Assembly (NCBI GenBank): GCA_964016885.1
Contig: OZ024741.1
Location: forward strand, 258,974,001-259,038,000
Source: Eledone cirrhosa
Taxonomy: Eukaryota
Direction of reading: 5' to 3'
Length of the DNA stretch: 64,000 nt
Positions 50,476-63,300 of the stretch are shown one piece after another. The position numbers and the translations under genes are program-made. The notes under the pieces were generated by a model. The model saw only the letters and a program-made list of their open reading frames with translations, did no database searches and was not told where the DNA came from. Each line of letters starts with the position of its first letter. Position 1 is the first letter of the stretch.

Positions 50476-53386
50476 AACACTCGTAAGTCGGAACACTCGT
50501 AAGTCAGAACACTCGTAAGTCAGAACACTCGTAAGTCGAAACACTCATAAGTCGAAACACTCGTAAGTCGAAACACCCGTAAGTCGAAACCCCCGTAAGT
50601 CGAAACACTCGTATGTCGAATAACTCGTAAGCCGAAACACCGTAAGTCAAAACACTCGTAAGTCGAAACACTCGTAAGTCGAAACACCCATAAGCCGAAA
50701 CACTCGTAAGCCAAAACATTCGTAAGTCGAAACACTCGTAAACCGAAACACTCGTAAGCCAAAACATTCGTAAGTCGAAACACTCGTAAGTCGAAACACC
50801 CATAGCCGAAACACTCGTAAGTCGGAACACACGTAAGTCAGAACACCCGTAAGTCAGAACACCCGTAAGTCAGAACACTCGTAAGTCAGAACACTCGTAA
50901 GTCAGAGCACTCGTATCGAAACACTCGTATGTCAAAACACCCGTAAGTCAAAACACTCGTAAGTCGAAACACTCGTAAGCCGAAACACCGTAAGCCAAAA
51001 CACTCGTAAGTCGAAACACCCGTAAGTCGGAACACTCGTAAGTCGAAACACTCGTAAGTCGAAACACTCGTAAGCCGAAACACTCGTAAGCCGAAACACT
51101 CGTAAGTCGGAACACTCGTAAGTCGGAACACTCGTAAGTCAGAACACTCGTAAGTCAGAACACTCGTAAGTCAGAACACTCGTAAGTCAGAATACTCGTA
51201 AGTCGAAACACTCGTATCGAAACACTCGTATGTCAAAACACCCGTAAGTCAAAACACTCGTAAGTCGAAACACTCGTAAGTCGAAACACTCGTATGTCGA
51301 AACATCCGTAAATCAGAACACTCGTAAGTCGAAACACTCGTAAGCCGAAACACTCGTAAGTCGAAACACTCGTATCGAAACACTCGTAAGTCGAAACACC
51401 CTTAAGTCAAAACACTCGTAAGCCAAAACACTCGTAAGTCGAAACACTCGTAAGTCGGAACACTCGTAAGTCAGAACACTCGTAAGTCAGAACACTCGTA
51501 AGTGGAAACACGCGTAAGTCGAAAGACACGTAAGTCAAAATTCTCGTAAGTCAAAACACTCGTAAGTCGAAACACTCGTAAGTCGAAACACTCGTAAGTC
51601 GAAACACTCGTAAGTCGGAACACTCGTAAGTCAGAACACTCATAAGTCAGAACACTCGTAAGTCAGAACACTCGTAAGTCGAAACACTCGTAAGCCGAAA
51701 CACCGTAAGTCGAAACACCCGTATGTCGAAACACTCGTAAGCCGAAACACTCGTAAGTCGAAACACTCGTAAGTAAAAACATTAGTAAGTCGAAACACTC
51801 GTAAGCCGAAAGACTCGTAAGTCGAAACACTCGTAAGCCGAAACACCCGTAAGTCAAAACATTCGTAAGTCAAAATACTCGTAAGTCGAAACACCCGTAA
51901 GTCAAAACACTCGTATGTCGAAACACTCGTAAGCCGAAACAACGTAAGGAAAAACACTCGTAAGTCGAAACACCCATAAGTCGAAACACTCGTAAGCCGA
52001 AACACTCTTAAGTCGAAACACTCATAAGCCGAAACACTCGTAAGTCGGAACACTCGTAAATCAGAACACCCGCAAGTCAGAACACTCGTAAATCAGAACA
52101 ATCTTAAGTCGAAACTCACGTACGCCGAAACACTCGTAAGTCGAAACACTCGTAAGTCGAAACATCCTTAAGTCGAAACACTCGTACACCGAAACACTCG
52201 TAAGTATAAACATTAGTAAGTCGAAACACTCGTATGTCGAAACACTCGTAAACCGAAACACTCGTAAGTCGGAACACTCGTAAGTCAGAACACTCGTAAG
52301 TCAGAACACTCGTAAGTCGAAACACTCATAAGTCGAAACACTCGTAAGTCGAAACACCCGTAAGTCGAAACACCCGTAAGTCGAAACACTCGTATGTCGA
52401 ATAACTCGTAAGCCGAAACACCGTAAGTCAAAACACTCGTAAGTCGAAACACTCGTAAGTCGAAACACCCATAAGCCGAAACACTCGTAAGCCAAAACAT
52501 TCGTAAGTCGAAACACTCGTAAACCGAAACACTCGTAAGCCAAAACATTCGTAAGTCGAAACACTCGTAAGTCGAAACACCCATAGCCGAAACACTCGTA
52601 AGTCTGAACACACGTAAGTCAGAACAGCCGTAAGTCAGAACACTCGTAAGTCAGAACACTCGTAAGTCAGAACACTCGTAAGTCAGAGCACTCGTATCGA
52701 AACACTCGTATGTCAAAACACCCGTAAGTCAAAACACTCGTAAGTCGAAACACTCGTAAGCCGAAACACCGTAAGCCAAAACACTCGTAAGTCGAAACAC
52801 TCGTAAGTCGAAACACTCGTAAGCCGAAATACTCCTAAGCCGAAACACTCGTAAGTCGGAACACTCGTAAGTCGGAACACTCGTAAGTCAGAACACTCGT
52901 AAGTCAGAACACTCGTAAGTCAGAACACTCGTAAGTCAGAACACTCGTAAGTCGAAACACTCGTATCGAAACACTCGTATGTCAAAACACCCGTAAGTCA
53001 AAACACTCGTAAGTCGAAACACTCGTAAGTCGAAACACTCGTATGTCGAAACATCCGTAAATCAGAACACTCGTAAGTCGAAACACTCGTAAGTCGAAAC
53101 ACTCGTAAGCCGAAACACTCGTAAGTCGAAGCACTCGTATCGAAACACTCGTAAGTCGAAACACCCTTAAGTCAAAACACTCGTAAGCCAAAACACTCGT
53201 AAGTCGAAACACTCGTAAGTCGGAACACTCGTAAGTCAGAACACTCGTAAGTTAGAACACTCGTAAGTGGAAACACGCGTAAGTCGAAAGACCCGTGAGT
53301 AAAAAATCTCGTAAGTCAAAACACTCGTAAGCCGAAACACTCGTAAGTCGAAACACTCGTAAGTCGAAACATTCGTAAAGCGAAAC

Positions 53387-53456
53387 GTATAAATAAATAT
53401 TAATGTAATGAACTTGAAAAGCATAGATATTTGAAACCGCGTCTATTTGTTATTTT
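53387..53456. repeat. 70-bp cassette copy 19
   Basis: AAATATT/AACTTG allele. Confidence 0.95.
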
Positions 53457-54521
53457 CGTAAGTCGAAACACTCGTAAGTCAGAACACTCGTAAGTCAGAA
53501 CACTCTTAAGTCAGAACACTCGTATCGAAACACACGTATGTCAAAACACCCGTAAGTCAAAACACTCGTAAGTCGAAACACTCGTAAGTCGAAACACTCG
53601 TAAGCCGAAACAATCGTAAGTCAAAACACTCGTAAGTCGAAACACTCGTAAACCGAAAATACTCGTAAGTCGGAACACCCGTAAGCCGAAACCCTCGTAG
53701 GTCGGAACACTCGTAAGTCGAAACACTCGTAAGTCGAAACACCCGTAAGTCGAAACACTCGTAAGTCGAAACACCCGTAAGTCGAAACATCCGTAAGTCA
53801 AAACACTCGTATGTCGAAACACTCGTAAGCCGAAACACTCGTAAGTCGGAACACTCGCAAGTCAGAACACTCGTAAGTCAGAACACTCGTAAGTCGAAAC
53901 ACTCGTAAGTCGAAACGCCCGTAAGTCAAAACACTCGTATGTCGAAACACTCGCAAGCCGAAAAACCGTAAGTCAAAACACTCGTAAGTCGAAACACTCG
54001 TAAATCGAAACACTCGTAAGCCGAAACACTCGTAAGCGAAAACATTCGTTAGTCGAAACACTCGTAACCCGAAACACTCGTAAGTCGAAACACTCGAAAG
54101 CCGAAACACTCGTAAGTCGAAACACTCATAAGCCGAAACACTCGTAAGTCGGAACACTCGTAAGTCAGAACACCCGTAAGTCAGAACACTCGTAGTCAGA
54201 ACACTCGTAAGTCGAAACACTCGTAAGCCGAAACACTCGCAAGTCCAAGCACTCGTAATCCGAAACACTCTTAAGTCGAAACACTCGTAAGTCGAAACAC
54301 TCGTAAGCCGAAACATCCGTAAGTCAAAACATCCGTAAGTCAAAACATTCGTAAGTCGAAACACCAGTAGTCGAAACACTCGCAAGTCGAAACACTCGTA
54401 AGTCGAAACACGCGTAAGTCGAAACACATGTAAGTCAAAACACCCGTAAGTCAAAACACTCGTAAGCCGAAACACTCGTAAGTCGAAACACTCGTAAGTC
54501 GAAACACTCGTAAAGCGAAAC

Positions 54522-54591
54522 GTATAAATAAAGATTAATGTAATGAATTTGAAAAGCATAGAGATTTGAAACCGCGTCTATTTGTTATTTT
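54522..54591. repeat. 70-bp cassette copy 20
   Basis: AATTTG/GAGATT allele. Confidence 0.95.
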
Positions 54592-57500
54592 CGTAAGTCG
54601 AAACACTCGTAAGCCGAAACACTCGTGAGCCGAAACACTCGTAAGTCGGAACACTCATAAGTCAGAACACTCGTAAGTCAGAACACTCGTAAGTTAGAAC
54701 ACTCGTAAGTCAGAACACTCGTAAGTCAGAACACTCGTAAGTCAGAACACTCGTAAGTCGAAACACTCGTATCGAAACACTCGTATGTCAAAACACCAGT
54801 AAGTCAAAACACTCGTAAGTCGAAACACTCGTAAGCCGAAACACCGTAAGTCGAAACACTCGTAAGTCGAAACACTCGTAAGTCGAAACACTCGTAAGTC
54901 GAAACACTCGTAAGCCGAAACACTCGTAAGTCGGAACACTCGTAAGTCAGAACACTCATAAGTCAGAACACTCGTAAGTCAGAACACTCGTAAGTCGAAA
55001 CACTCGTATCGAAACACTCGTATGTCAAAACACCAGTAAGTCGAAGCACTCGTATCGAAACACTCGTATGTTAAAACACCAGTAAGTCAAAACACTCGTA
55101 AGTCGAAACACTCGTAAGCCGAAACACCGTAAGTCAAAACACTCGTAAGTCGAAACACTCGTAAGCCGAAACACCGTAAGTCGAAACACCCGTATGTCGA
55201 AACACTCGTAAGCCGAAACACTCGTAAGTCGAAACACTCGTAGTCGAAACACTCGTAAGTCGAAACACCCATAAGTCGAAACACTCGTAAGTCGAAACAC
55301 TCGTAAGCCGAAACACTCGTAAGTCGAAACACTCATAAGCCGAAACACTCGTAAGTCGAAACACTCGTAAGTCAGAACACTCGTAGTCAGAACACTCGTA
55401 AGTCAAACCACTCGTAAGCCGAAACACTCGTAAGTCGAAACACTCGTAAGTCGAAACACTCGTAAGTCGAAAAACTCGTAAGCCGGAACACTCGTAAGTC
55501 AGAACACTCGTAAGTCAGAACACTCGTAAGTCGAAACACTCGTAAGCCGAAACACCCGTAAGTCGAAACATTCGTAAGTCGAAACACCCGTAAGTCGAAA
55601 CACTCGTAAGTCGAAACACTCGTAAGTCGAAACACCGTAAGTCAAAACACTCGTATGTCGAAACATCCGTAAATCAGAACACTCCTAAGTCAAAACACTC
55701 GTAAGTCGAAACACTCGTAAGTCAAAAATACTCGTAAGTCGAAACACCCTTAAGTAAAAACACTCGTAAGTCGAAACACTCGTAAGCCGAAACACCCGTC
55801 AGTCAAAACACCCGTAAGTCGAAACACTCGTAAGTCAAAAGTCTCGTACGCCGAAACACTCGTAAGTAAAAACATTAGTAAGTCGAAACACTCGTAAGCC
55901 GAAACACTCATAAGTCGAAACACTCGTAAGCCGAAACACCCGTAAGTCAAAACATTCGTAAGTCAAAACACTCGTAAGTCGAAACACCCGTAAGTCGAAA
56001 CACTCGTATGTCGAAACACTCGTAAGCCGAAACACCGTAAGTAAAAACACTCGTAAGTCGAAACACCCACAAGTCGAAACACTCGTAAGCCGAAACACTC
56101 GTAAGTCGAAACACTCATAAGCCGAAACACTCGTAAGTCGGAACACTCGTAAATCAGAACACCCGCAAGTCAGAACACTCGTATCGAAACACTCGTATGT
56201 CAAAACACCCGTAAGTCAAAACACTCGTAAGTCGAAACACTCGTAAGCCGAAACACCGTAAGTAAAAAAACTCGTAAGTCGAAATACTCGTAAGTCGAAA
56301 CACTCGTAAGCCGAAACAATCGTAATTCAAAACACTCGTAAGTCGAAACACTCGTAAGCCGAAACAATCGTAAGTCGAAACACTCGTAAGCCGAAAATAC
56401 TCGTAAGTCGGAACACCCGTAAGCCGAAACCCTCGTAGGTCGGAACACTCGTAAGTCGAAACACTCGTAAGTCGAAACACCCGTAAGTCGGAACACTCGT
56501 AAGTCAGAATACTCGTAAGTCAAAACACTCGTAAACCGGAACACCCGTAAGGCAAAACATTCGCAAGTCAAAACACTCGTAAGTCGAAACACTCGTAAGC
56601 CGAAACACTCGTAAGTCGAAACATTCGTAAGTCGAAACACTCGTAAGTCGAAACACTCGTAAGTCAGTGCACCCGTAAGTCAGAACACTCGTAGTCAGAA
56701 CACTCGTAAGTCGAAACACTCGTAAGTCGAAACACCCGTAAGTCGAAACATCCGTAAGTCAAAACACTCGTATGTCGAAACACTCGTAAGCCGAAACACT
56801 CATAAGTCGAAACACTCGTAAGCCGAAACACCCGTAAGTCAAAACATTCGTAAGTCAAAACACTCGTAAGTCGAAACACCCGTAAGTCAAAACACTCGTA
56901 TGTCGAAACACTCGTAAGCCGAAACAACGTAAGTAAAAACACTCGTAAGTCGAAACACCCATAAGTCGAAACACTCGTAAGCCGAAACACTCGTAAGTCG
57001 AAACACTCATAAGCCGAAACACTCGTAAGTCGGAACACTCGTAAATCAGAACACCCGCAAGTCAGAACACTCGTGAATCAGAACACTCTTAAGTCGAAAC
57101 TCACGTACGCTGAAACACTCGTAAGTCGAAACACTCGTAAGTCGAAACATCCTTAAGTCGAAACACTCGTACACCGAAACACTCGTAAGTATAAACATTA
57201 GTAAGTCGAAACACTCGTAAGCCGAAACACTCGTAAGTCGAAACACCCGTAAATCGAAACACCCGTAAGTCAAAACACTCGTATGTCGAAACACTCGTAA
57301 ACCGAAACACTCGTAAGCCGAAACACCGTAAGTCGAAACACTCGTAAGTCGAAACACTCGTAAGTCGAAACACTCGTAAGTCGAAACACTCGTAAGCCGA
57401 AACACTCGTAAGCCGAAACACTCGTAAGTCGGAACACTCGTAAGTCAGAACACTCATAAGTCAGAACACTCGTAAGTCAGAACACTCGTAAGTCGAAACA

Positions 57501-60254
57501 CTCGTATCGAAACACTCGTATGTCAAAACACCAGTAAGTCGAAGCACTCGTATCGAAACACTCGTATGTTAAAACACCAGTAAGTCAAAACACTCGTAAG
57601 TCGAAACACTCGTAAGCCGAAACACCGTAAGTCGAAACACCCGTATCTCGAAACACTCGTAAGCCGAAACACTCGTAAGTCGAAACACTCGTAGTCGAAA
57701 CACTCGTAAGTCGAAACACCCGTAAGTCGAAACACTCGTAAGTCGAAACACTCGTAAGCCGAAACACTCGTAAGTCGAAACACTCATAAGCCGAAACACT
57801 CGTAAGTCGAAACACTCGTAAGTCAGAACACTCGTAGTCAGAACACTCGTAAGTCAAACCACTCGTAAGCCGAAACACTCGTAAGTCGAAACACTCGTAA
57901 GTCGAAACACTCGTAAGTCGAAAAACTCGTAAGCCGGAACACTCGTAAGTCAGAACACTCGTAAGTCAGAACACTCGTAAGTCGAAACACTCGTAAGCCG
58001 AAACACCCGTAAGTCGAAACATTCGTAAGTCGAAACACCCGTAAGTCGAAACACTCGTAAGTCGAAACACTCGTAAGTCGAAACACCGTAAGTCAAAACA
58101 CTCGTATGTCGAAACATCCGTAAATCAGAACACTCCTAAGTCAAAACACTCGTAAGTCGAAACACTCGTAAGTCAAAAATACTCGTAAGTCGAAACACCC
58201 TTAAGTAAAAACACTCGTAAGTCGAAACACTCGTAAGCCGAAACACCCGTCAGTCAAAACACCCGTAAGTCGAAACACTCGTAAGTCAAAAGTCTCGTAC
58301 GCCGAAACACTCGTAAGTAAAAACATTAGTAAGTCGAAACACTCGTAAGCCGAAACACTCATAAGTCGAAACACTCGTAAGCCGAAACACCCGTAAGTCA
58401 AAACATTCGTAAGTCAAAACACTCGTAAGTCGAAACACCCGTAAGTCGAAACACTCGTATGTCGAAACACTCGTAAGCCGAAACACCGTAAGTAAAAACA
58501 CTCGTAAGTCGAAACACCCACAAGTCGAAACACTCGTAAGCCGAAACACTCGTAAGTCGAAACACTCATAAGCCGAAACACTCGTAAGTCGGAACACTCG
58601 TAAATCAGAACACCCGCAAGTCAGAACACTCGTATCGAAACACTCGTATGTCAAAACACCCGTAAGTCAAAACACTCGTAAGTCGAAACACTCGTAAGCC
58701 GAAACACCGTAAGTAAAAAAACTCGTAAGTCGAAATACTCGTAAGTCGAAACACTCGTAAGCCGAAACAATCGTAATTCAAAACACTCGTAAGTCGAAAC
58801 ACTCGTAAGCCGAAACAATCGTAAGTCGAAACACTCGTAAGCCGAAAATACTCGTAAGTCGGAACACCCGTAAGCCGAAACCCTCGTAGGTCGGAACACT
58901 CGTAAGTCGAAACACTCGTAAGTCGAAACACCCGTAAGTCGGAACACTCGTAAGTCAGAATACTCGTAAGTCAAAACACTCGTAAACCGGAACACCCGTA
59001 AGGCAAAACATTCGCACGTCAAAACACTCGTAAGTCGAAACACTCGTAAGCCGAAACACTCGTAAGTCGAAACACTCGTAAGTCGAAACACTCGTAAGTC
59101 GAAACACTCGTAAGTCAGTGCACCCGTAAGTCAGAACACTCGTAGTCAGAACACTCGTAAGTCGAAACACTCGTAAGTCGAAACACCCGTAAGTCGAAAC
59201 ATCCGTAAGTCAAAACACTCGTATGTCGAAACACTCGTAAGCCGAAACACTCATAAGTCGAAACACTCGTAAGCCGAAACACCCGTAAGTCAAAACATTC
59301 GTAAGTCGAAACACTCGTAAGTCGAAACACTCGTAAGCCGAAACAATCGTAAGTCAAAACACTCGTAAGTCGAAACACTCGTAAACCGAAAATACTCGTA
59401 AGTCGGAACACCCGTAAGCCGAAACCCTCGTAGGTCGGAACACTCGTAAGTCGAAACACTCGTAAGTCTAAACACCCGTAAGTGGAAACACTCGTAAGTC
59501 GAAACACCCGTAAGTCGAAACATCCGTAAGTCAAAACACTCGTATGTCGAAACACTCGTAAGCCGAAACACTCGTAAGTCGGAACACTCGCAAGTCAGAA
59601 CACTCGTAAGTCAGAACACTCGTAAGTCGAAACACTCGTAAGTCGAAACGCCCGTAAGTCAAAACACTCGTATGTCGAAACACTCGCAAGCCGAAAAACC
59701 GTAAGTCAAAACACTCGTAAGTCGAAACACTCGTAAATCGAAACACTCGTAAGCCGAAACACTCGTAAGCGAAAACATTCGTTAGTCGAAACACTCGTAA
59801 CCCGAAACACTCGTAAGTCGAAACACTCGAAAGCCGAAACACTCGTAAGTCGAAACACTCATAAGCCGAAACACTCGTAAGTCGGAACACTCGTAAGTCA
59901 GAACACCCGTAAGTCAGAACACTCGTAGTCAGAACACTCGTAAGTCGAAACACTCGTAAGCCGAAACACTCGCAAGTCCAAGCACTCGTAATCCGAAACA
60001 CTCTTAAGTCGAAACACTCGTAAGTCGAAACACTCGTAAGCCGAAACATCCGTAAGTCAAAACATCCGTAAGTCAAAACATTCGTAAGTCGAAACACCAG
60101 TAGTCGAAACACTCGCAAGTCGAAACACTCGTAAGTCGAAACACGCGTAAGTCGAAACACATGTAAGTCAAAACACCCGTAAGTCAAAACACTCGTAAGC
60201 CGAAACACTCGTAAGTCGAAACACTCGTAAGTCGAAACACTCGTAAAGCGAAAC

Positions 60255-60324
60255 GTATAAATAAAGATTAATGTAATGAATTTGAAAAGCATAGAGATTT
60301 GAAACCGCGTCTATTTGTTATTTT
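60255..60324. repeat. 70-bp cassette copy 21
   Basis: AATTTG/GAGATT allele, 5733 bp after copy 20. Confidence 0.95.
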
Positions 60325-63300
60325 CGTAAGTCGAAACACTCGTAAGCCGAAACACTCGTGAGCCGAAACACTCGTAAGTCGGAACACTCATAAGTCAGAA
60401 CACTCGTAAGTCAGAACACTCGTAAGTTAGAACACTCGTAAGTCAGAACACTCGTAAGTCAGAACACTCGTAAGTCAGAACACTCGTAAGTCGAAACACT
60501 CGTATCGAAACACTCGTATGTCAAAACACCAGTAAGTCAAAACACTCGTAAGTCGAAACACTCGTAAGCCGAAACACCGTAAGTCGAAACACTCGTAAGT
60601 CGAAACACTCGTAAGTCGAAACACTCGTAAGTCGAAACACTCGTAAGCCGAAACACTCGTAAGTCGGAACACTCGTAAGTCAGAACACTCATAAGTCAGA
60701 ACACTCGTAAGTCAGAACACTCGTAAGTCGAAACACTCGTATCGAAACACTCGTATGTCAAAACACCAGTAAGTCGAAGCACTCGTATCGAAACACTCGT
60801 ATGTTAAAACACCAGTAAGTCAAAACACTCGTAAGTCGAAACACTCGTAAGCCGAAACACCGTAAGTCAAAACACTCGTAAGTCGAAACACTCGTAAGCC
60901 GAAACACCGTAAGTCGAAACACCCGTATGTCGAAACACTCGTAAGCCGAAACACTCGTAAGTCGAAACACTCGTAGTCGAAACACTCGTAAGTCGAAACA
61001 CCCATAAGTCGAAACACTCGTAAGTCGAAACACTCGTAAGCCGAAACACTCGTAAGTCGAAACACTCATAAGCCGAAACACTCGTAAGTCGAAACACTCG
61101 TAAGTCAGAACACTCGTAGTCAGAACACTCGTAAGTCAAACCACTCGTAAGCCGAAACACTCGTAAGTCGAAACACTCGTAAGTCGAAACACTCGTAAGT
61201 CGAAAAACTCGTAAGCCGGAACACTCGTAAGTCAGAACACTCGTAAGTCAGAACACTCGTAAGTCGAAACACTCGTAAGCCGAAACACCCGTAAGTCGAA
61301 ACATTCGTAAGTCGAAACACCCGTAAGTCGAAACACTCGTAAGTCGAAACACTCGTAAGTCGAAACACCGTAAGTCAAAACACTCGTATGTCGAAACATC
61401 CGTAAATCAGAACACTCCTAAGTCAAAACACTCGTAAGTCGAAACACTCGTAAGTCAAAAATACTCGTAAGTCGAAACACCCTTAAGTAAAAACACTCGT
61501 AAGTCGAAACACTCGTAAGCCGAAACACCCGTCAGTCAAAACACCCGTAAGTCGAAACACTCGTAAGTCAAAAGTCTCGTACGCCGAAACACTCGTAAGT
61601 AAAAACATTAGTAAGTCGAAACACTCGTAAGCCGAAACACTCATAAGTCGAAACACTCGTAAGCCGAAACACCCGTAAGTCAAAACATTCGTAAGTCAAA
61701 ACACTCGTAAGTCGAAACACCCGTAAGTCGAAACACTCGTATGTCGAAACACTCGTAAGCCGAAACACCGTAAGTAAAAACACTCGTAAGTCGAAACACC
61801 CACAAGTCGAAACACTCGTAAGCCGAAACACTCGTAAGTCGAAACACTCATAAGCCGAAACACTCGTAAGTCGGAACACTCGTAAATCAGAACACCCGCA
61901 AGTCAGAACACTCGTATCGAAACACTCGTATGTCAAAACACCCGTAAGTCAAAACACTCGTAAGTCGAAACACTCGTAAGCCGAAACACCGTAAGTAAAA
62001 AAACTCGTAAGTCGAAATACTCGTAAGTCGAAACACTCGTAAGCCGAAACAATCGTAATTCAAAACACTCGTAAGTCGAAACACTCGTAAGCCGAAACAA
62101 TCGTAAGTCGAAACACTCGTAAGCCGAAAATACTCGTAAGTCGGAACACCCGTAAGCCGAAACCCTCGTAGGTCGGAACACTCGTAAGTCGAAACACTCG
62201 TAAGTCGAAACACCCGTAAGTCGGAACACTCGTAAGTCAGAATACTCGTAAGTCAAAACACTCGTAAACCGGAACACCCGTAAGGCAAAACATTCGCAAG
62301 TCAAAACACTCGTAAGTCGAAACACTCGTAAGCCGAAACACTCGTAAGTCGAAACATTCGTAAGTCGAAACACTCGTAAGTCGAAACACTCGTAAGTCAG
62401 TGCACCCGTAAGTCAGAACACTCGTAGTCAGAACACTCGTAAGTCGAAACACTCGTAAGTCGAAACACCCGTAAGTCGAAACATCCGTAAGTCAAAACAC
62501 TCGTATGTCGAAACACTCGTAAGCCGAAACACTCATAAGTCGAAACACTCGTAAGCCGAAACACCCGTAAGTCAAAACATTCGTAAGTCAAAACACTCGT
62601 AAGTCGAAACACCCGTAAGTCAAAACACTCGTATGTCGAAACACTCGTAAGCCGAAACAACGTAAGTAAAAACACTCGTAAGTCGAAACACCCATAAGTC
62701 GAAACACTCGTAAGCCGAAACACTCGTAAGTCGAAACACTCATAAGCCGAAACACTCGTAAGTCGGAACACTCGTAAATCAGAACACCCGCAAGTCAGAA
62801 CACTCGTGAATCAGAACACTCTTAAGTCGAAACTCACGTACGCTGAAACACTCGTAAGTCGAAACACTCGTAAGTCGAAACATCCTTAAGTCGAAACACT
62901 CGTACACCGAAACACTCGTAAGTATAAACATTAGTAAGTCGAAACACTCGTAAGCCGAAACACTCGTAAGTCGAAACACCCGTAAATCGAAACACCCGTA
63001 AGTCAAAACACTCGTATGTCGAAACACTCGTAAACCGAAACACTCGTAAGCCGAAACACCGTAAGTCGAAACACTCGTAAGTCGAAACACTCGTAAGTCG
63101 AAACACTCGTAAGTCGAAACACTCGTAAGCCGAAACACTCGTAAGCCGAAACACTCGTAAGTCGGAACACTCGTAAGTCAGAACACTCATAAGTCAGAAC
63201 ACTCGTAAGTCAGAACACTCGTAAGTCGAAACACTCGTATCGAAACACTCGTATGTCAAAACACCAGTAAGTCGAAGCACTCGTATCGAAACACTCGTAT

